A stretch of 64,000 nucleotides of DNA from assembly GCA_031459875.1 (NCBI GenBank), contig JAVKHQ010000014.1, positions 1 through 64,000 of the forward strand, in the 5' to 3' direction. The notes under the pieces were generated by a model that worked only from the letters and a program-made list of their open reading frames with translations, was not told the origin of the DNA and did not search any database. Positions 28,559 to 41,232 of the stretch are shown here, in pieces (positions within the stretch are counted from its first letter, which is position 1; each line of letters begins with the position of its first letter). The position numbers were made by a program, and so were the translations under genes. Origin of the DNA: Candidatus Fervidifonticultor sextus (GTDB lineage Bacteria > Sysuimicrobiota > Sysuimicrobiia > Sysuimicrobiales > Humicultoraceae).

Positions 28559-29911
28559 GTGTCGATCGAAGTTTCCCCGTCGGAAATCTGGGCCGAAACG
28601 CTCCAGCGAATCGAACACCAACTGAACAAGCCCACTTTGGAGTCGTTCCTTAAGATCATGCGGCCCATCAGCCTCCAGGGCGACACCTTCGTCTTCGGCG
28701 TCCCCAACCGATTCGCCAAGGACTGGGTGGAACAACGCCTCCTCACCATGGTTCGAGGTGCCCTGCAGGCAACCGTCGGGCGAGCTGTTGATGTTCGTAT
28801 CACCGTCACCGAGGCACCTCCCGTGCCTCCACCGTCAATCCACAGACTTCCCGCATCGTCGGTAGGGCCCCGGGTACCAGAAGGACTCCACCTCTCCCCA
28901 AAATACACTTTCGAGACATTCGTGGTCGGCGTCGGGAACCGCTTTGCTCACGCCGCCGCCATGGCCGTCGCCCAGGCTCCTGCACGCGCCTACAACCCTC
29001 TCTTCATCTACGGCGGCGTCGGACTGGGCAAGACGCACCTTCTCCAGGCCATTGGTCACCTTGTCCTGGCATCGGGATCGTTTCGCGTTGCCTACGTAAG
29101 CAGCGAAAAGTTCACCAACGAGTTGATCAACTCTATTCGCGACGACAAGACCGTGGAGTTCCGCCAGCGATACCGCAACGTGGATGTCCTCCTCATCGAC
29201 GATATCCAGTTCCTTGCTGGCAAAGAACGCACTCAAGAAGAATTTTTCCATACGTTCAACACTCTCCACGAAGCCAACCATCAGATCATCATCACTTCGG
29301 ACCGACCTCCCAAGGAAATCCCTACCCTGGAAGATCGTTTGCGCAGTCGTTTCGAGTGGGGGCTCATCGCCGACATCCAACCACCGGATCTTGAGACCCG
29401 TATCGCCATTCTCCGCAAGAAAGCCGAAATCGATGGTATCTCCGTTCCCGACGAAGTCGCCGAGTTCATTGCTCAACGCATACCTACCAACATTCGCGAG
29501 CTCGAAGGAGCCCTCGTCCGCGTGGTCGCTTACGCCTCGCTCACCCGATCGCCTATCAATGTGGAACTCGCCAGCGATGTGCTGCGCGACCTGCTGCCGA
29601 CCACCCGAACCCGTGTAGTGACCATTCCTGCCATTCAAACCGCCGTTGCCGAATTGTTCGGTATCCGCGTCGAAGAGATGCGTGCCAAACGCCGTACGAA
29701 AGGTGTGGCCTTTCCGCGCCAGGTGGCCATGTACGTCGCCCGAGAACTCACCGATGCGTCCCTGCCCCGCATTGGGGAAGAATTCGGCGGCCGCGACCAC
29801 ACCACTGTCATGCACGCGTGCCAGCGGGTCCGAGAGGCCCTACGGCGCGACACCCACCTCGCAGCCAGCCTCAAACACCTCATGGAAGACCTGCAACGTC
29901 AGGTGGGATAA
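28559..29911 (+). CDS. dnaA: Chromosomal replication initiator
   Basis: [34 protein letters not shown]. Confidence 0.98.
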   Translation: MSIEVSPSEIWAETLQRIEHQLNKPTLESFLKIMRPISLQGDTFVFGVPNRFAKDWVEQRLLTMVRGALQATVGRAVDVRITVTEAPPVPPPSIHRLPASSVGPRVPEGLHLSPKYTFETFVVGVGNRFAHAAAMAVAQAPARAYNPLFIYGGVGLGKTHLLQAIGHLVLASGSFRVAYVSSEKFTNELINSIRDDKTVEFRQRYRNVDVLLIDDIQFLAGKERTQEEFFHTFNTLHEANHQIIITSDRPPKEIPTLEDRLRSRFEWGLIADIQPPDLETRIAILRKKAEIDGISVPDEVAEFIAQRIPTNIRELEGALVRVVAYASLTRSPINVELASDVLRDLLPTTRTRVVTIPAIQTAVAELFGIRVEEMRAKRRTKGVAFPRQVAMYVARELTDASLPRIGEEFGGRDHTTVMHACQRVREALRRDTHLAASLKHLMEDLQRQVG

Positions 29912-30100
29912 CCTGTGCACGCCCGCGCATTGTGCCTCAGGGCCTCACGTGACACACTACCTGGCATCCCCACAGAGTCCACACGTTATACGGCATTCCG
30001 GCATGGTTACACCTTCGGTTCCTGCGCCCTTTACAGGACTTTTCCCCATTTTCCACGCTGAGTACTACGATGACTAATTTTTCTCTACAATAAACTAAAG
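29903..30100. promoter_or_regulatory. oriC unwinding region (DnaA boxes, DnaA-trios, AT-rich)
   Basis: Tandem TTTTCCCCA/TTTTCCACG 30040-57, then TACTACGATGACTAA 30063-77 and AT-rich tract; GC skew flips here. Confidence 0.8.
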
Positions 30101-30111
30101 AGGAGTACTGT

Positions 30112-31221
30112 ATGCAGTTCACCTGTGGGCAGGATCAATTGAACAGAGCAGTGGGGCTTGTTGGGCGGGCCGTTTCGACCCGAGCGACCATGCCGATTTT
30201 GGGCAACGTTTTGCTGGAAACGCGGAAGGAAACGGTTAAACTGGCGGCTACGGATCTTGATCACGGGATTCAAACCGAGGTGGGAGCTAGGATTGCGCGG
30301 AGTGGGGCGATCACGCTACCGGCGCGGCTGTTCGCAGAAATTGTTGCTAACCTCCCGCCAGCAGACGTGCAGATCACGGTGGCGGAAAACGGTACAGAAG
30401 TCAGGGTGCAGTGCGAGACTGTGACCTACGACTTGATAGGGCTGCCAGCAACGGATTTCCCCCTGATGCCGGAACCGGAGGTAACCCCGGTGGCCAGCGT
30501 CGACAGTGGGTTGCTGCGCACCATGGTGAGGCAGACGGCATTCGCTGTGTCGACCGACGAAACGCGAGTATTTCTCACAGGACTATACCTGGTTCTGGAT
30601 GACAAGGAAATTCGGTTGGTGGCCACGGATGGCGGGCGGCTTGCACTGCGCATCGGGAGACTTGCGAGGGCGGCAACGCAGAAGGTAGGTGTGATCGTTC
30701 CTGCCAAAACGATGCACGAACTGTCACGGGCGTTGATCGGTGTGGAAGGTGGGGTGGAGATTTTCCTGGCAGAGAATCAGATCCTGTTTACTACGCCTGC
30801 GGTGCGCGTGATCAGCCGGCTGATCCCAGGTCCGTTCCCGAACTATCAGCAGGTAATTCCTCAGAGCTACAAGCAGCGGGTGACGGTTGGTACTGAGCGT
30901 TTTCTGGCAGCGGTGCGACGAGTCGCGTTGACGGCGCGAGACTCTGCCAACGTGGTCCGACTTCACGCCGAGGGCGGTGTGCTTGTACTGGTTTCCAGTA
31001 CTCCGGAATACGGGCGTGCGGAAGAACGCGTTGTGGTCAGCGTCGAAGGGGAGACCGTGGTGACGGCGTTCAACGCCCGCTACCTGGTAGATTGTCTGGC
31101 GGTGTTGGAGACGGACGAGCTCGTGTTGGAGTTAACCGGGCCGTTAAGCCCTGGGGTTTTTCGGCCCGCAGGGCAGAGTGATTACACGTACGTACTGGCG
31201 CCAGTGCGCGTTGCCGCATAG
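30112..31221 (+). CDS. dnaN: DNA polymerase III beta clamp
   Basis: ATDLD, VATDGGRLA, RLIPGPFPNY, FNARYL. Confidence 0.96.
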   Translation: MQFTCGQDQLNRAVGLVGRAVSTRATMPILGNVLLETRKETVKLAATDLDHGIQTEVGARIARSGAITLPARLFAEIVANLPPADVQITVAENGTEVRVQCETVTYDLIGLPATDFPLMPEPEVTPVASVDSGLLRTMVRQTAFAVSTDETRVFLTGLYLVLDDKEIRLVATDGGRLALRIGRLARAATQKVGVIVPAKTMHELSRALIGVEGGVEIFLAENQILFTTPAVRVISRLIPGPFPNYQQVIPQSYKQRVTVGTERFLAAVRRVALTARDSANVVRLHAEGGVLVLVSSTPEYGRAEERVVVSVEGETVVTAFNARYLVDCLAVLETDELVLELTGPLSPGVFRPAGQSDYTYVLAPVRVAA

Positions 31222-31477
31222 GCGATACGTTTCCATACATACTGGGAGTATTACGTTGGGCGCGTTGCTCAAGTGGGCTGGTGTAGTCAGCACCGGTGGC
31301 GAAGCGAAGGTGCTGATCGCAGGTGGGCGGGTGCTAGTCAACGGGCGGGTGGAGAACCGCTGCGGTTGTAAAATACGGGTTGGCGATCGTGTGACAGTGC
31401 GGGATGGGCCGGTGCTGATGGTTATCGGGGACGGATGTGGCGTACCTCCGTCGGTTGTGGCTGCGCGACTTTCGTAA
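31211..31477 (+). CDS. yaaA: S4-domain RNA-binding protein (YaaA)
   Basis: ITLGALLKWAG...TGGEAK...VNG...KIRVGD; position dnaN-recF. Confidence 0.8.
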   Translation: MPHRRYVSIHTGSITLGALLKWAGVVSTGGEAKVLIAGGRVLVNGRVENRCGCKIRVGDRVTVRDGPVLMVIGDGCGVPPSVVAARLS

Positions 31478-32546
31478 CTATACCCATGGTGATGTTCATC
31501 TGGCGGGTGGGCTCACCGTGTTCGTTGGTGGAAACGGTGAGGGGAAGTCGAACTTGCTGGAGGCGGTGTATCTGACAGCGACCGGACGATCGTACCGCAC
31601 CGCTCGCGAGTGGGAGGTGATCCGACGAGGAAGTAATGTGTGCCGAGTACGTGCCTGGGTAGCGCGGCGAGGGCGCGACGAGGAACTTGAGATTACTGTA
31701 AGTCGAGAAGCAGAACGTACCAACATCCGAATGCGGGTGAACGGCGTGGAGATGTCACGGGGAGCGGTGCTCGGAAGGTTACCCGTGGTCATAGCGGGGC
31801 CGTGGGATTTGGATCTCGTCCGCGGAGCGAGTGGTGTCCGGCGGCGCCTGTTGGATGGGGCGCTTTCGCAACTGAGCCCTGCGTATTTCTTCGCGTTGCA
31901 TCGCTACCATCGTGTGGTGGTGCAGCGGAATGCGGAGCTTCGACGGCGTAGGGCCGATGGACTTGAACCGTGGGATGCGCAGTTGGTGGCGCTCGGAGTC
32001 CGGATTACTGCCCGCCGGGCCGACTATGTGGGGCGGATCGCGCCACACGCGGCAGTGTGGTTCGCGCAATTCGGTGGGACAGGGAACCTGGAGGTCGTGT
32101 ACCGGCCCTCATGGCAAGGTTTGAGTGACGAAGAACGAACGGCCTGCGCCTGGGCGAAACTCGGCCGGACGCGTGCCGATGAATATCAACGAGGAGTTAC
32201 GCTGAGCGGTCCCCACAGGGACGAGATGGAATTTCTCTTGGACGGGGTCCCGCTCCGTGTTCACGGTTCGCAGGGTCAGTGGAGGACGGCCATGCTTGCT
32301 GTGCGCCTAGCGGAGCGGGCAGTGATGGCGGCGGAGATGGGGATCAGGCCGGTGCTCCTGTTGGATGACGCGCTGGCGGAACTCGACCCGGAGCGGCAGA
32401 GGAGGTTTCTGGAACTGCAGAATGAAGGGCAGACGCTGGTGACGGCAACAACCCTGCCGCCGCTGGCCCGTTCCGTGCAGGCGTTTCGGGTCCAGGCCGG
32501 AACGCTTCTGGAGGGCGAATGGTCACTCCCCTCCGCGACATTCTGA
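31437..32546 (+). CDS. recF: DNA replication/repair protein RecF
   Basis: GGNGEGKSNLLEA, GPHRD, SQGQ, LLLDDALAELD. Confidence 0.95.
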   Translation: MAYLRRLWLRDFRNYTHGDVHLAGGLTVFVGGNGEGKSNLLEAVYLTATGRSYRTAREWEVIRRGSNVCRVRAWVARRGRDEELEITVSREAERTNIRMRVNGVEMSRGAVLGRLPVVIAGPWDLDLVRGASGVRRRLLDGALSQLSPAYFFALHRYHRVVVQRNAELRRRRADGLEPWDAQLVALGVRITARRADYVGRIAPHAAVWFAQFGGTGNLEVVYRPSWQGLSDEERTACAWAKLGRTRADEYQRGVTLSGPHRDEMEFLLDGVPLRVHGSQGQWRTAMLAVRLAERAVMAAEMGIRPVLLLDDALAELDPERQRRFLELQNEGQTLVTATTLPPLARSVQAFRVQAGTLLEGEWSLPSATF

Positions 32547-32848
32547 AAACGGTAGCGCGCACCTGGGGTCTGGAACCGGCGGCGCGTGTAAGGTGGTTCC
32601 AGGAGGTTTGGCCGCAGGTTGTCGGGAGGGTTCTGGCGGAGGTCACCAGCCCAGTGGCGTTGCGGGGTGGGCGTCTGCGCGTGAGAGCAGACTCCCCAGC
32701 AGCCGGGCAGGAGATCCGCCTGCGCCGGGAGGCCATTCTGCGTGCGTTGGCTCGGAAAGTAGGGGAAGGTGCAGTGACAGATATCATCCCGGTCGTGCGG
32801 CGGGTGATGCGCGCGGGAAATCGGCAGAACCGCCGACCGCCCAGATAG
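32519..32848 (+). CDS. dciA: DUF721 / DciA helicase loader
   Basis: WPQVVG...LRVRADSPA...; position after recF. Confidence 0.7.
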   Translation: MVTPLRDILKTVARTWGLEPAARVRWFQEVWPQVVGRVLAEVTSPVALRGGRLRVRADSPAAGQEIRLRREAILRALARKVGEGAVTDIIPVVRRVMRAGNRQNRRPPR

Positions 32849-32855
32849 GGGTCCG

Positions 32856-33116
32856 ATGTTTGTATACCTCGGAGAAGAGGTCGTGGTGGACGTCCGACAG
32901 CTGGTGGCCATTCTGGATGTGCGAAGGCTTCGGCGAGATGCGGCTTCCGCGAGGGTGGCGGAACGTGCGGTGCGAGGGCATCCGGGGGAGCCGGTGCCGC
33001 GCGCCGTCATCGTCACGACCAGAGGGGTATTCCCTGTCGCTATCGGGCCGGAGGCTGTGGCAAAACGCATCCAGAAGATGGCGCGGTCCCGCTTGCGGAA
33101 AACGGCAAGAAGATAG
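32856..33116 (+). CDS. remB: RemB/YaaB (DUF370) family protein
   Basis: MFVYLGEEVVV...VAILD...AVIVT; position before gyrB. Confidence 0.75.
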   Translation: MFVYLGEEVVVDVRQLVAILDVRRLRRDAASARVAERAVRGHPGEPVPRAVIVTTRGVFPVAIGPEAVAKRIQKMARSRLRKTARR

Positions 33117-33137
33117 ACAGGACGCGGGTTTTCACCG

Positions 33138-33166
33138 TTGACAGGCGCCGTCCTGACTGATAGACT
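33138..33166 (+). promoter_or_regulatory. Sigma70 promoter of gyrB
   Basis: TTGACA-17 bp-TAGACT with extended TG. Confidence 0.75.
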
Positions 33167-33224
33167 CAAATGCGGGCATGCGCGTTGGTGCGTATGCCCA
33201 TTTGTTTCGGTGGGGTGTCCATGA

Positions 33225-35132
<1,908 letters not shown>

Positions 35133-35153
35133 ACGTGCTCCCGTGATCACAGC

Positions 35154-37607
35154 ATGGGCTCCGAAGACCTGAGGATCGTCTCGCGCCGTATCGAGGAGGA
35201 GATGCGGTCCTCCTATCTCGACTACGCCATGTCCGTCATCGTCAGCCGGGCCCTACCCGACGTGCGCGATGGCCTCAAGCCGGTCCAGCGGCGCATTCTC
35301 TACGGGATGTTAGAACTCGGTCTGCGGCCCGACGCCCCGCACCGAAAGAGCGCCCGGATCGTCGGTGAGGTGCTGGGCAAGCTGCACCCGCACGGAGACG
35401 TGCCGGTGTACGACGCCCTGGTCCGGATGGGACAGGAGTGGTCGTTCCGTTATCCGCTGGTCGACGGGCAGGGGAATTTCGGCAGCATTGACGGGGACGC
35501 GCCGGCGGCCATGCGGTACTCGGAGGCGCGGTTGTCGGCGGTTGCAGCGGAACTGCTGGCCGATCTCGACAAGGATACCGTTGACTTCGTCCCCAACTTC
35601 GATGAGAGCCTGAAGGAGCCGGTGGTCCTGCCGTCGCGTCTGCCCAACCTGTTGATGAATGGGGCAGCTGGGATCGCGGTCGGCATGGCGACCAGCATCC
35701 CGCCTCACAACCTGGGGGAGATCATTGATGGCCTGGTGGTGCTCATCGACAACCCCGAGGCGACCGTTGATGAGCTGCTGAAGGTCGTCAAGGGGCCGGA
35801 CTTCCCCACCGGGGGTGTCATCCTGGGTCGCGACGGCATTCGGGCGGCCTATACCACCGGGCGGGGCACCATCACCGTGCAGGCCAAGACGTCCTTCGAG
35901 GAACTGCGGGGCGGCCGTGTGGCGATCGTCGTCACCGAGATCCCCTTCATGGTGAGCAAGGCGGCTCTGGTTCAGCGCATCGCCGATCTGGTCCGTCAGA
36001 AGAAACTTCAGGGCATCTCAGACCTGCGGGATGAATCCGATCGGCGAGGCCTGCGGGTGGTGATTGAACTGCGACGGGACGCCAACCCCCAGATCGTCCG
36101 CAACCAGCTCTTCAAGCACACCCAGATGCAGACGACCTTCGGCGCCATCATGCTGGCGCTGGTAGACGGGGCGCCGAAGCAACTGACCCTTAAGGAACTG
36201 CTCGAGCGCTACTTGGAGCACCGGCGGACTGTTGTGATCCGCCGCACACGCTTCGAGCTGCGGCGGGCGGAGGACCGGGCGCACATTCTGGAGGGACTGA
36301 GGGTCGCGCTGAACCGCCTGGACGAGGTCATCGCCCTGATCCGGAAGGCCAAGGACGTCTCGGCGGCCCGGGGGGGGCTGCAGAAGATCTTCAAGCTCAG
36401 CGAACCGCAGGCCGACGCGATCCTGGAGATGCGGCTGCAGCGCCTGACGGCGATGGAACGGGAGAAGGTCGAGACCGAATACAAGGGGCTCCTCAAGGAT
36501 ATCGCCCGCTTCAAGGAGATGCTGGCCGACGCCACGTCGCCGCGGCCGCGGTTGATCATGGCGTCCATCAGAGACGACCTGTTGGCGCTCAAGGAGCGGT
36601 ACGGAGATTCGCGCCGTACGAAGATCACCAGCCGCGAGGCCGAGGAGTTCGAGGCGGAGGATCTGATTCCCGATGCTGACGTGGTCATCACGCTGACCCG
36701 CAATACGTACATCAAACGCCAGCCGCTGGAAACCTATCGGTTACAGCGACGCGGCGGCCGCGGTGTTGCCGGCATCATGACGAGGGAAGAAGACGTGGTC
36801 GAGCACATCGCGGTGACGACGAACCACGCCTTCCTGCTGTTCTTCACCAACCGCGGCAAGGTCTACCGGACGAAAGCCCACGAAGTTCCCGAGGCTGGCC
36901 GCACGGCACGAGGCCTACCGGTGGTCAACCTGATCACCGTCGCCCAGGGCGAGCGCGTCACGGCCATCATCCCGCTGCGGTCCTTCGAAGAGGCAGGCTG
37001 GCTGTTCATGGCCACCCGGCGTGGCCACGTTAAGAAGACGGGGCTCATGGAGTTCATCAACGCCAAGCGGGCAGGGATCTTTGCGATCACCCTGGGGCGC
37101 GATGACGAACTGGTTGGCGTCCGCCACATCCAGAAGGACACCGAGATCGCCCTGGCGACCCGGCAGGGGCGTGCCCTCCGCTTCCGGGCCAGCCAGGTGC
37201 GTGAGATGGGGCGCTCCGCCAGGGGTGTGATCGGGATCCGGTTGCGGGGGGACGATCAGGTGGTCGGGGTCGCCGACAGCGGCGAGGGGCAGTTCCTGTT
37301 GACGGTCACCGAGCACGGGTACGGCAAGCGGACGCCGTTCGGACACTATCCGGTTAAGCACCGGGGTGGCATGGGCGTTATCAACATCAAGGTCACCAAA
37401 CGCAACGGCCCGGTGGCGGCGGTGCGGGCGGTGGACGAAGACGACGAAGTGCTCCTCATCTCGGCTAACGGGATCGTTAATCGCATTCCGGTCAGGGAGG
37501 TTGCCATTCAGGGCCGACAGGCACAGGGCGTGGCGGTGAAGCGCCTGGAAGCAGGCGACCGCGTGACCGCCGTCGCCCGGATCCGGGCCCGGGACGAGAA
37601 GGAGTAA
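35154..37607 (+). CDS. gyrA: DNA gyrase subunit A
   Basis: [16 protein letters not shown], GyrA box QRRGGRG. Confidence 0.97.
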   Translation: MGSEDLRIVSRRIEEEMRSSYLDYAMSVIVSRALPDVRDGLKPVQRRILYGMLELGLRPDAPHRKSARIVGEVLGKLHPHGDVPVYDALVRMGQEWSFRYPLVDGQGNFGSIDGDAPAAMRYSEARLSAVAAELLADLDKDTVDFVPNFDESLKEPVVLPSRLPNLLMNGAAGIAVGMATSIPPHNLGEIIDGLVVLIDNPEATVDELLKVVKGPDFPTGGVILGRDGIRAAYTTGRGTITVQAKTSFEELRGGRVAIVVTEIPFMVSKAALVQRIADLVRQKKLQGISDLRDESDRRGLRVVIELRRDANPQIVRNQLFKHTQMQTTFGAIMLALVDGAPKQLTLKELLERYLEHRRTVVIRRTRFELRRAEDRAHILEGLRVALNRLDEVIALIRKAKDVSAARGGLQKIFKLSEPQADAILEMRLQRLTAMEREKVETEYKGLLKDIARFKEMLADATSPRPRLIMASIRDDLLALKERYGDSRRTKITSREAEEFEAEDLIPDADVVITLTRNTYIKRQPLETYRLQRRGGRGVAGIMTREEDVVEHIAVTTNHAFLLFFTNRGKVYRTKAHEVPEAGRTARGLPVVNLITVAQGERVTAIIPLRSFEEAGWLFMATRRGHVKKTGLMEFINAKRAGIFAITLGRDDELVGVRHIQKDTEIALATRQGRALRFRASQVREMGRSARGVIGIRLRGDDQVVGVADSGEGQFLLTVTEHGYGKRTPFGHYPVKHRGGMGVINIKVTKRNGPVAAVRAVDEDDEVLLISANGIVNRIPVREVAIQGRQAQGVAVKRLEAGDRVTAVARIRARDEKE

Positions 37608-37620
37608 CCCCAAGACCCCG

Positions 37621-38277
37621 ATGCGCTGGACGCGGTGGCTGCCTGCAGCGGGTGTGCTGACCGGCACGGTCCTCCTCCACGAGGTGGCGCACGCCATCGC
37701 GGCCCACCGCATGGGCGGGGCGGTTCGGGAAGTGGGCGTGGGGTTCGGACCGGTACTCGCGCGGCGCCGGGTGGGCGGGGTCAACGTCTCGCTGCGGCTG
37801 ATTCTCCTGGGTGGGTTTGCCGCCATCGAGATCGATCGCCTGCCGCCCGCCCGCCGTATTCCCGTGCTGCTGGCCGGGCCCCTGGTCAACATTGCAGCCG
37901 GCGTAGCCCTCCGGGCGCTGGCCGGACCTGTCCAGCCGGTGACGCTGCCGGGGCAGCGGTCCCGCGTGGAGGTCGGCGGCCTGATGGCGGCGGTGGCCAT
38001 GCTGATTCGGGCCTCTGCCGCCGGGCCGGCGGCACTGCTCCGGGCGGCCGGAGACGTGAACCTCAGCGTCGGCCTGGCAAACCTCGCGCCGGTTCTGCCC
38101 TTGGACGGCGGACACCTGGCCGCCGCGCACCTGGAGGCGGCGGGTGCTAGCCGGGCTCTGTTGGCGTTCTTCCGCCAGATCACAGCGGGCGTGTTCTTCT
38201 GGATAGCCCTCCGTGTGCTGCTGGCCGACCTTGCGCGGTTCCGGATGTCGGCCGCCGTCAGTCCGCGCCCGCAGTAG
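37621..38277 (+). CDS. Site-2 protease (M50), no PDZ
   Basis: HEVAH, GFGP, AGPLVN, NLAPVLPLDGG. Confidence 0.85.
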   Translation: MRWTRWLPAAGVLTGTVLLHEVAHAIAAHRMGGAVREVGVGFGPVLARRRVGGVNVSLRLILLGGFAAIEIDRLPPARRIPVLLAGPLVNIAAGVALRALAGPVQPVTLPGQRSRVEVGGLMAAVAMLIRASAAGPAALLRAAGDVNLSVGLANLAPVLPLDGGHLAAAHLEAAGASRALLAFFRQITAGVFFWIALRVLLADLARFRMSAAVSPRPQ

Positions 38278-38283
38278 GCTCCT

Positions 38284-39117
38284 GTGAGGACGGTGGTCGC
38301 ACCGCTGGTCGATGCCGTGCCGGCCGACCGGAGCGCCGTGCCCGCCGAATGGGCGTCCTGGGCCGAAGAACCGGGTCGGGCCGTTCGCATTGAGGAAGGC
38401 GGCGAGGTGCTGGGGATGGTGCACGCTGTCATCGTGGGTCGCACCGAGGGGTGGTTCGAAGGCCTGTGGGTCCGGCCGCAAGCCCGCCGCCAGGGGCTGG
38501 GGCGGAGGCTGATTGCCGAGGCGGAGGATTTCGTCCGGCGCTACGGCGTAGACACGGTGCGGGCGGCCGTGCCCGCCCGCGACGACGTTGCGCTGGCCGC
38601 AGCCGAGCGTGCCGGGTTTGTTCGGGTCTGCGAGGCCGCCGTGCTGGTGGCGCAGATCCCCCACAGGCCTCTGGACCCTGCCTCCGGAGTGCCGGTCGGC
38701 CCTGCGGGGCCCGGCGAGACGGGCGCAATGGTCGCACTGCTCCAGGCGTCTTCACAGATCAGGGCCTGGCGCGGGCTGGCGCCGCTGGGGTGGCGGTTCC
38801 GGCGGGTGGTGCCCGAACTGGTGCGCGGGCTAATCAGGGACCGCCGCGTCCTGCGGGCAGGAGACCCGGCCTGGGGCATCGCCTGGTGTGCGCTGCGGGG
38901 GTCCGCTGCGGTCATCTTGGTGCTGTCGGGACCCTCCCCCCACCGCCTGGCGCTCTTCGGGGCCGTGGTCGAAGCGGCCCGTCACGCTGGCGCCGTCTGT
39001 GTGGCGTTATTCGCATCCGACCCCCGCGCGGCCGACGACCTGGGGATCCCGTTCGCGGCGCATCCTTGGTGTCCGGACGGGCTGGTGATCGTGGAGAAAC
39101 ATCTGACGGCGGGGTGA
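38284..39117 (+). CDS. GNAT acetyltransferase
   Basis: LWVRPQARRQGLGRRL. Confidence 0.75.
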   Translation: MRTVVAPLVDAVPADRSAVPAEWASWAEEPGRAVRIEEGGEVLGMVHAVIVGRTEGWFEGLWVRPQARRQGLGRRLIAEAEDFVRRYGVDTVRAAVPARDDVALAAAERAGFVRVCEAAVLVAQIPHRPLDPASGVPVGPAGPGETGAMVALLQASSQIRAWRGLAPLGWRFRRVVPELVRGLIRDRRVLRAGDPAWGIAWCALRGSAAVILVLSGPSPHRLALFGAVVEAARHAGAVCVALFASDPRAADDLGIPFAAHPWCPDGLVIVEKHLTAG

Positions 39118-39120
39118 GGC

Positions 39121-39585
39121 ATGGATCCATATGTAGCACCACACCTGCAGGTGTTGGAGGAACTCCACCGCCAGATCGTGGAGATGGTCGCACCGCTGGA
39201 CGACGAGCAGGTCAACCGCACCGTCCCCGGACTCGCCAATACCATTGGGATTGTGCTGCGTCACGCCGCGGGGTCTGAGCGGTACTGGGTGGGTGAGATT
39301 CTGGGAGGATTTCCTGCGTACCGGGACCGTGATGCCGAGTTCGGACGCGACCGGGTGCAGAAGGCCCAGGTGCTGGCCGATTTCGAGCGCACCGCGGCGC
39401 TGACACGCGAAGTCCTGGGCCGGCTCTCCCGGGAAGACCTCCTGACAGCCGTGGAGGTCCAGCGGGCTGGGGGCACCGGAAAAGAGACCAAGCTGTTCGC
39501 GCTCCTGCACGCCACGCGGCACCTGGCCTACCACGCGGGGCAGATCCGCTATCTGACCCGGCTGGTCGGTACCGGCGGCTCCTAG
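39121..39585 (+). CDS. DinB-family protein
   Basis: NTIGIVLRHAAGSE, RDRDAEF, HLAYHAGQI. Confidence 0.85.
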   Translation: MDPYVAPHLQVLEELHRQIVEMVAPLDDEQVNRTVPGLANTIGIVLRHAAGSERYWVGEILGGFPAYRDRDAEFGRDRVQKAQVLADFERTAALTREVLGRLSREDLLTAVEVQRAGGTGKETKLFALLHATRHLAYHAGQIRYLTRLVGTGGS

Positions 39586-41132
39586 CGCGGGGCCATCCAG
39601 GTCCTCCGCAGTCCCAGGTAGGACGTGTTCGGCCAGTGCTGGAATCCGAGCACGTACCTGCGCACCGCCTCGTACTGGGTCGAGTGGAAGATGAACACCA
39701 TCGGGACGGTCTCCAGCAGCCGCAACTGCGCCTGGTCGTAGATCCGTTTGCGGCGCGACTCGGCGGCGACAGTGCGCCCCTCGTCCAGCATCCGGTCGAA
39801 CTCGGTGTCGGAGTAGTTGACCAGGTTGAGGCCCGCGCCGGTCCGGAAGTTCGGGTAGAGGAAGTCGTCCGGATCGGTCTGCCCCGATGTCCCCAGGATG
39901 GACAGCGCGTAGCGCTTTTGGAACATCGTCGGCAGGTACACACTCCAGTCGGCCGCCACGATCCGCACCCGGATCCCGATGCGGCCCAACTGCGCTTGGA
40001 TCAGTTCGGCCGGCGTCCTGAGGAAGTCGTAGGTGCTGGTCACGTAGAGCTCGGCGTCAAACCCGTTGGGATGCCCGGCCTCGGACAGGAGCCGCCTGGC
40101 TCGCTCGGGGTCCACTTTATCGTAGACAGGCCGCGAGAGCGCGTAGTAGTTCCCCGGAGGGATCGCCGTCCCGGTGGCCTCGATCCCGCCGACGCCGAAC
40201 AGCGCGGTGTCGACGATCTCCTTGCGGTTGATCGCCCAGGCCATGGCCTGGCGGACCTTCACGTTGTTGAACGGCGCCTGCGCGTTGTTGATGTACAGCG
40301 AGCGGAAGTTGGCCGACAGGCCGCCGACGATTTCGATGTTGGGGTCGGCCCGCAGGCTGCGGACCTCCGCGGCCGGGACGTACTCGATCCAGTCCACCGC
40401 GCCGGTGCGCAATGCCGTGGCGCGGGCCACGGCGTCGGGGAGGAAGACGAATTCGATCCGATCCACGTACGGCAGGCGGCGGCCCGTGTCGTCGGTCTGC
40501 CAGAAGTCGCCGTTGCGAACCAGCACCAGGCGTTGCTGCGGCGTATAACTGATGAACCGGAAGGGCCCGGTGCCGGTGGGGTTGGCGTTGAGATCGCCGT
40601 CGCGCTCGACGACCTCCTTGGGCACGATAACGTTGCTGGAGAACGAGAGTTTGGCCAGCAGCGGGCTGAAGGGGCGTTTGAGCCGGAACACCACCGTGTG
40701 GGAGTCAGGGGTGCTGATGGTGTCCACCTCGGCGAAGTCGGCCGCGCGGGGGGACCGGGTCCGTGGGTCCCGGATCCGGTTGATCGAGTAGGCAACGTCC
40801 TCGGCGACCAGCGGCCGGCCGTGGTGGAACTTGACGTTGCGCCGCAGGGTGAAGGTCCAGGTCAGGCCGTCCTGGGACGTGCGCCACGACTCGGCGAGGC
40901 CGGGGACGTAACGGCCGTCCGCATCGTAGAAGACCAGCGTGTCGTACACGTTCTCCATCATATTGCGGGTGGCCGTGGCGGTGGTGAGGTGGGGGTCGAG
41001 CCCCACCGGGTCGGTCTGCATCCCGGCACGCAGCGTGCCGCCGTAACGCGGTCCGGCTGGCTGCGCCCCGACAGGCGGCAGCGTCATGGCGATGAGCAGG
41101 CCTGCAAGGGCCGGTAGCATCAGCAGACGCAT
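39582..41132 (-). CDS. ABC transporter substrate-binding protein, family 5 (peptide/nickel)
   Basis: YGGTLR, LDPH, PGLAESW, FTLRRNVKFHHG, GTGPF. Confidence 0.92.
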   Translation of the reverse strand: MRLLMLPALAGLLIAMTLPPVGAQPAGPRYGGTLRAGMQTDPVGLDPHLTTATATRNMMENVYDTLVFYDADGRYVPGLAESWRTSQDGLTWTFTLRRNVKFHHGRPLVAEDVAYSINRIRDPRTRSPRAADFAEVDTISTPDSHTVVFRLKRPFSPLLAKLSFSSNVIVPKEVVERDGDLNANPTGTGPFRFISYTPQQRLVLVRNGDFWQTDDTGRRLPYVDRIEFVFLPDAVARATALRTGAVDWIEYVPAAEVRSLRADPNIEIVGGLSANFRSLYINNAQAPFNNVKVRQAMAWAINRKEIVDTALFGVGGIEATGTAIPPGNYYALSRPVYDKVDPERARRLLSEAGHPNGFDAELYVTSTYDFLRTPAELIQAQLGRIGIRVRIVAADWSVYLPTMFQKRYALSILGTSGQTDPDDFLYPNFRTGAGLNLVNYSDTEFDRMLDEGRTVAAESRRKRIYDQAQLRLLETVPMVFIFHSTQYEAVRRYVLGFQHWPNTSYLGLRRTWMAPR

Positions 41133-41232
41133 GAAACTCCCCCCCGGCTGCGAGCGTTCGCGCCCGTTGCGGGGCGCTGTGAGCAGCAGTATAGACTATC
41201 CGTCTTGTTTGTTCCAGGGACACGGCGAAGGG

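Noticed and set aside
29941..29956. GGCCTCACGTGACACA, parS-like core in oriC
   Set aside because: Left arm has several mismatches and it is not palindromic beyond the 8-bp core
22600..32500. Horizontal transfer as explanation for lower GC
   Set aside because: Region consists of core origin genes in conserved order with no mobility genes
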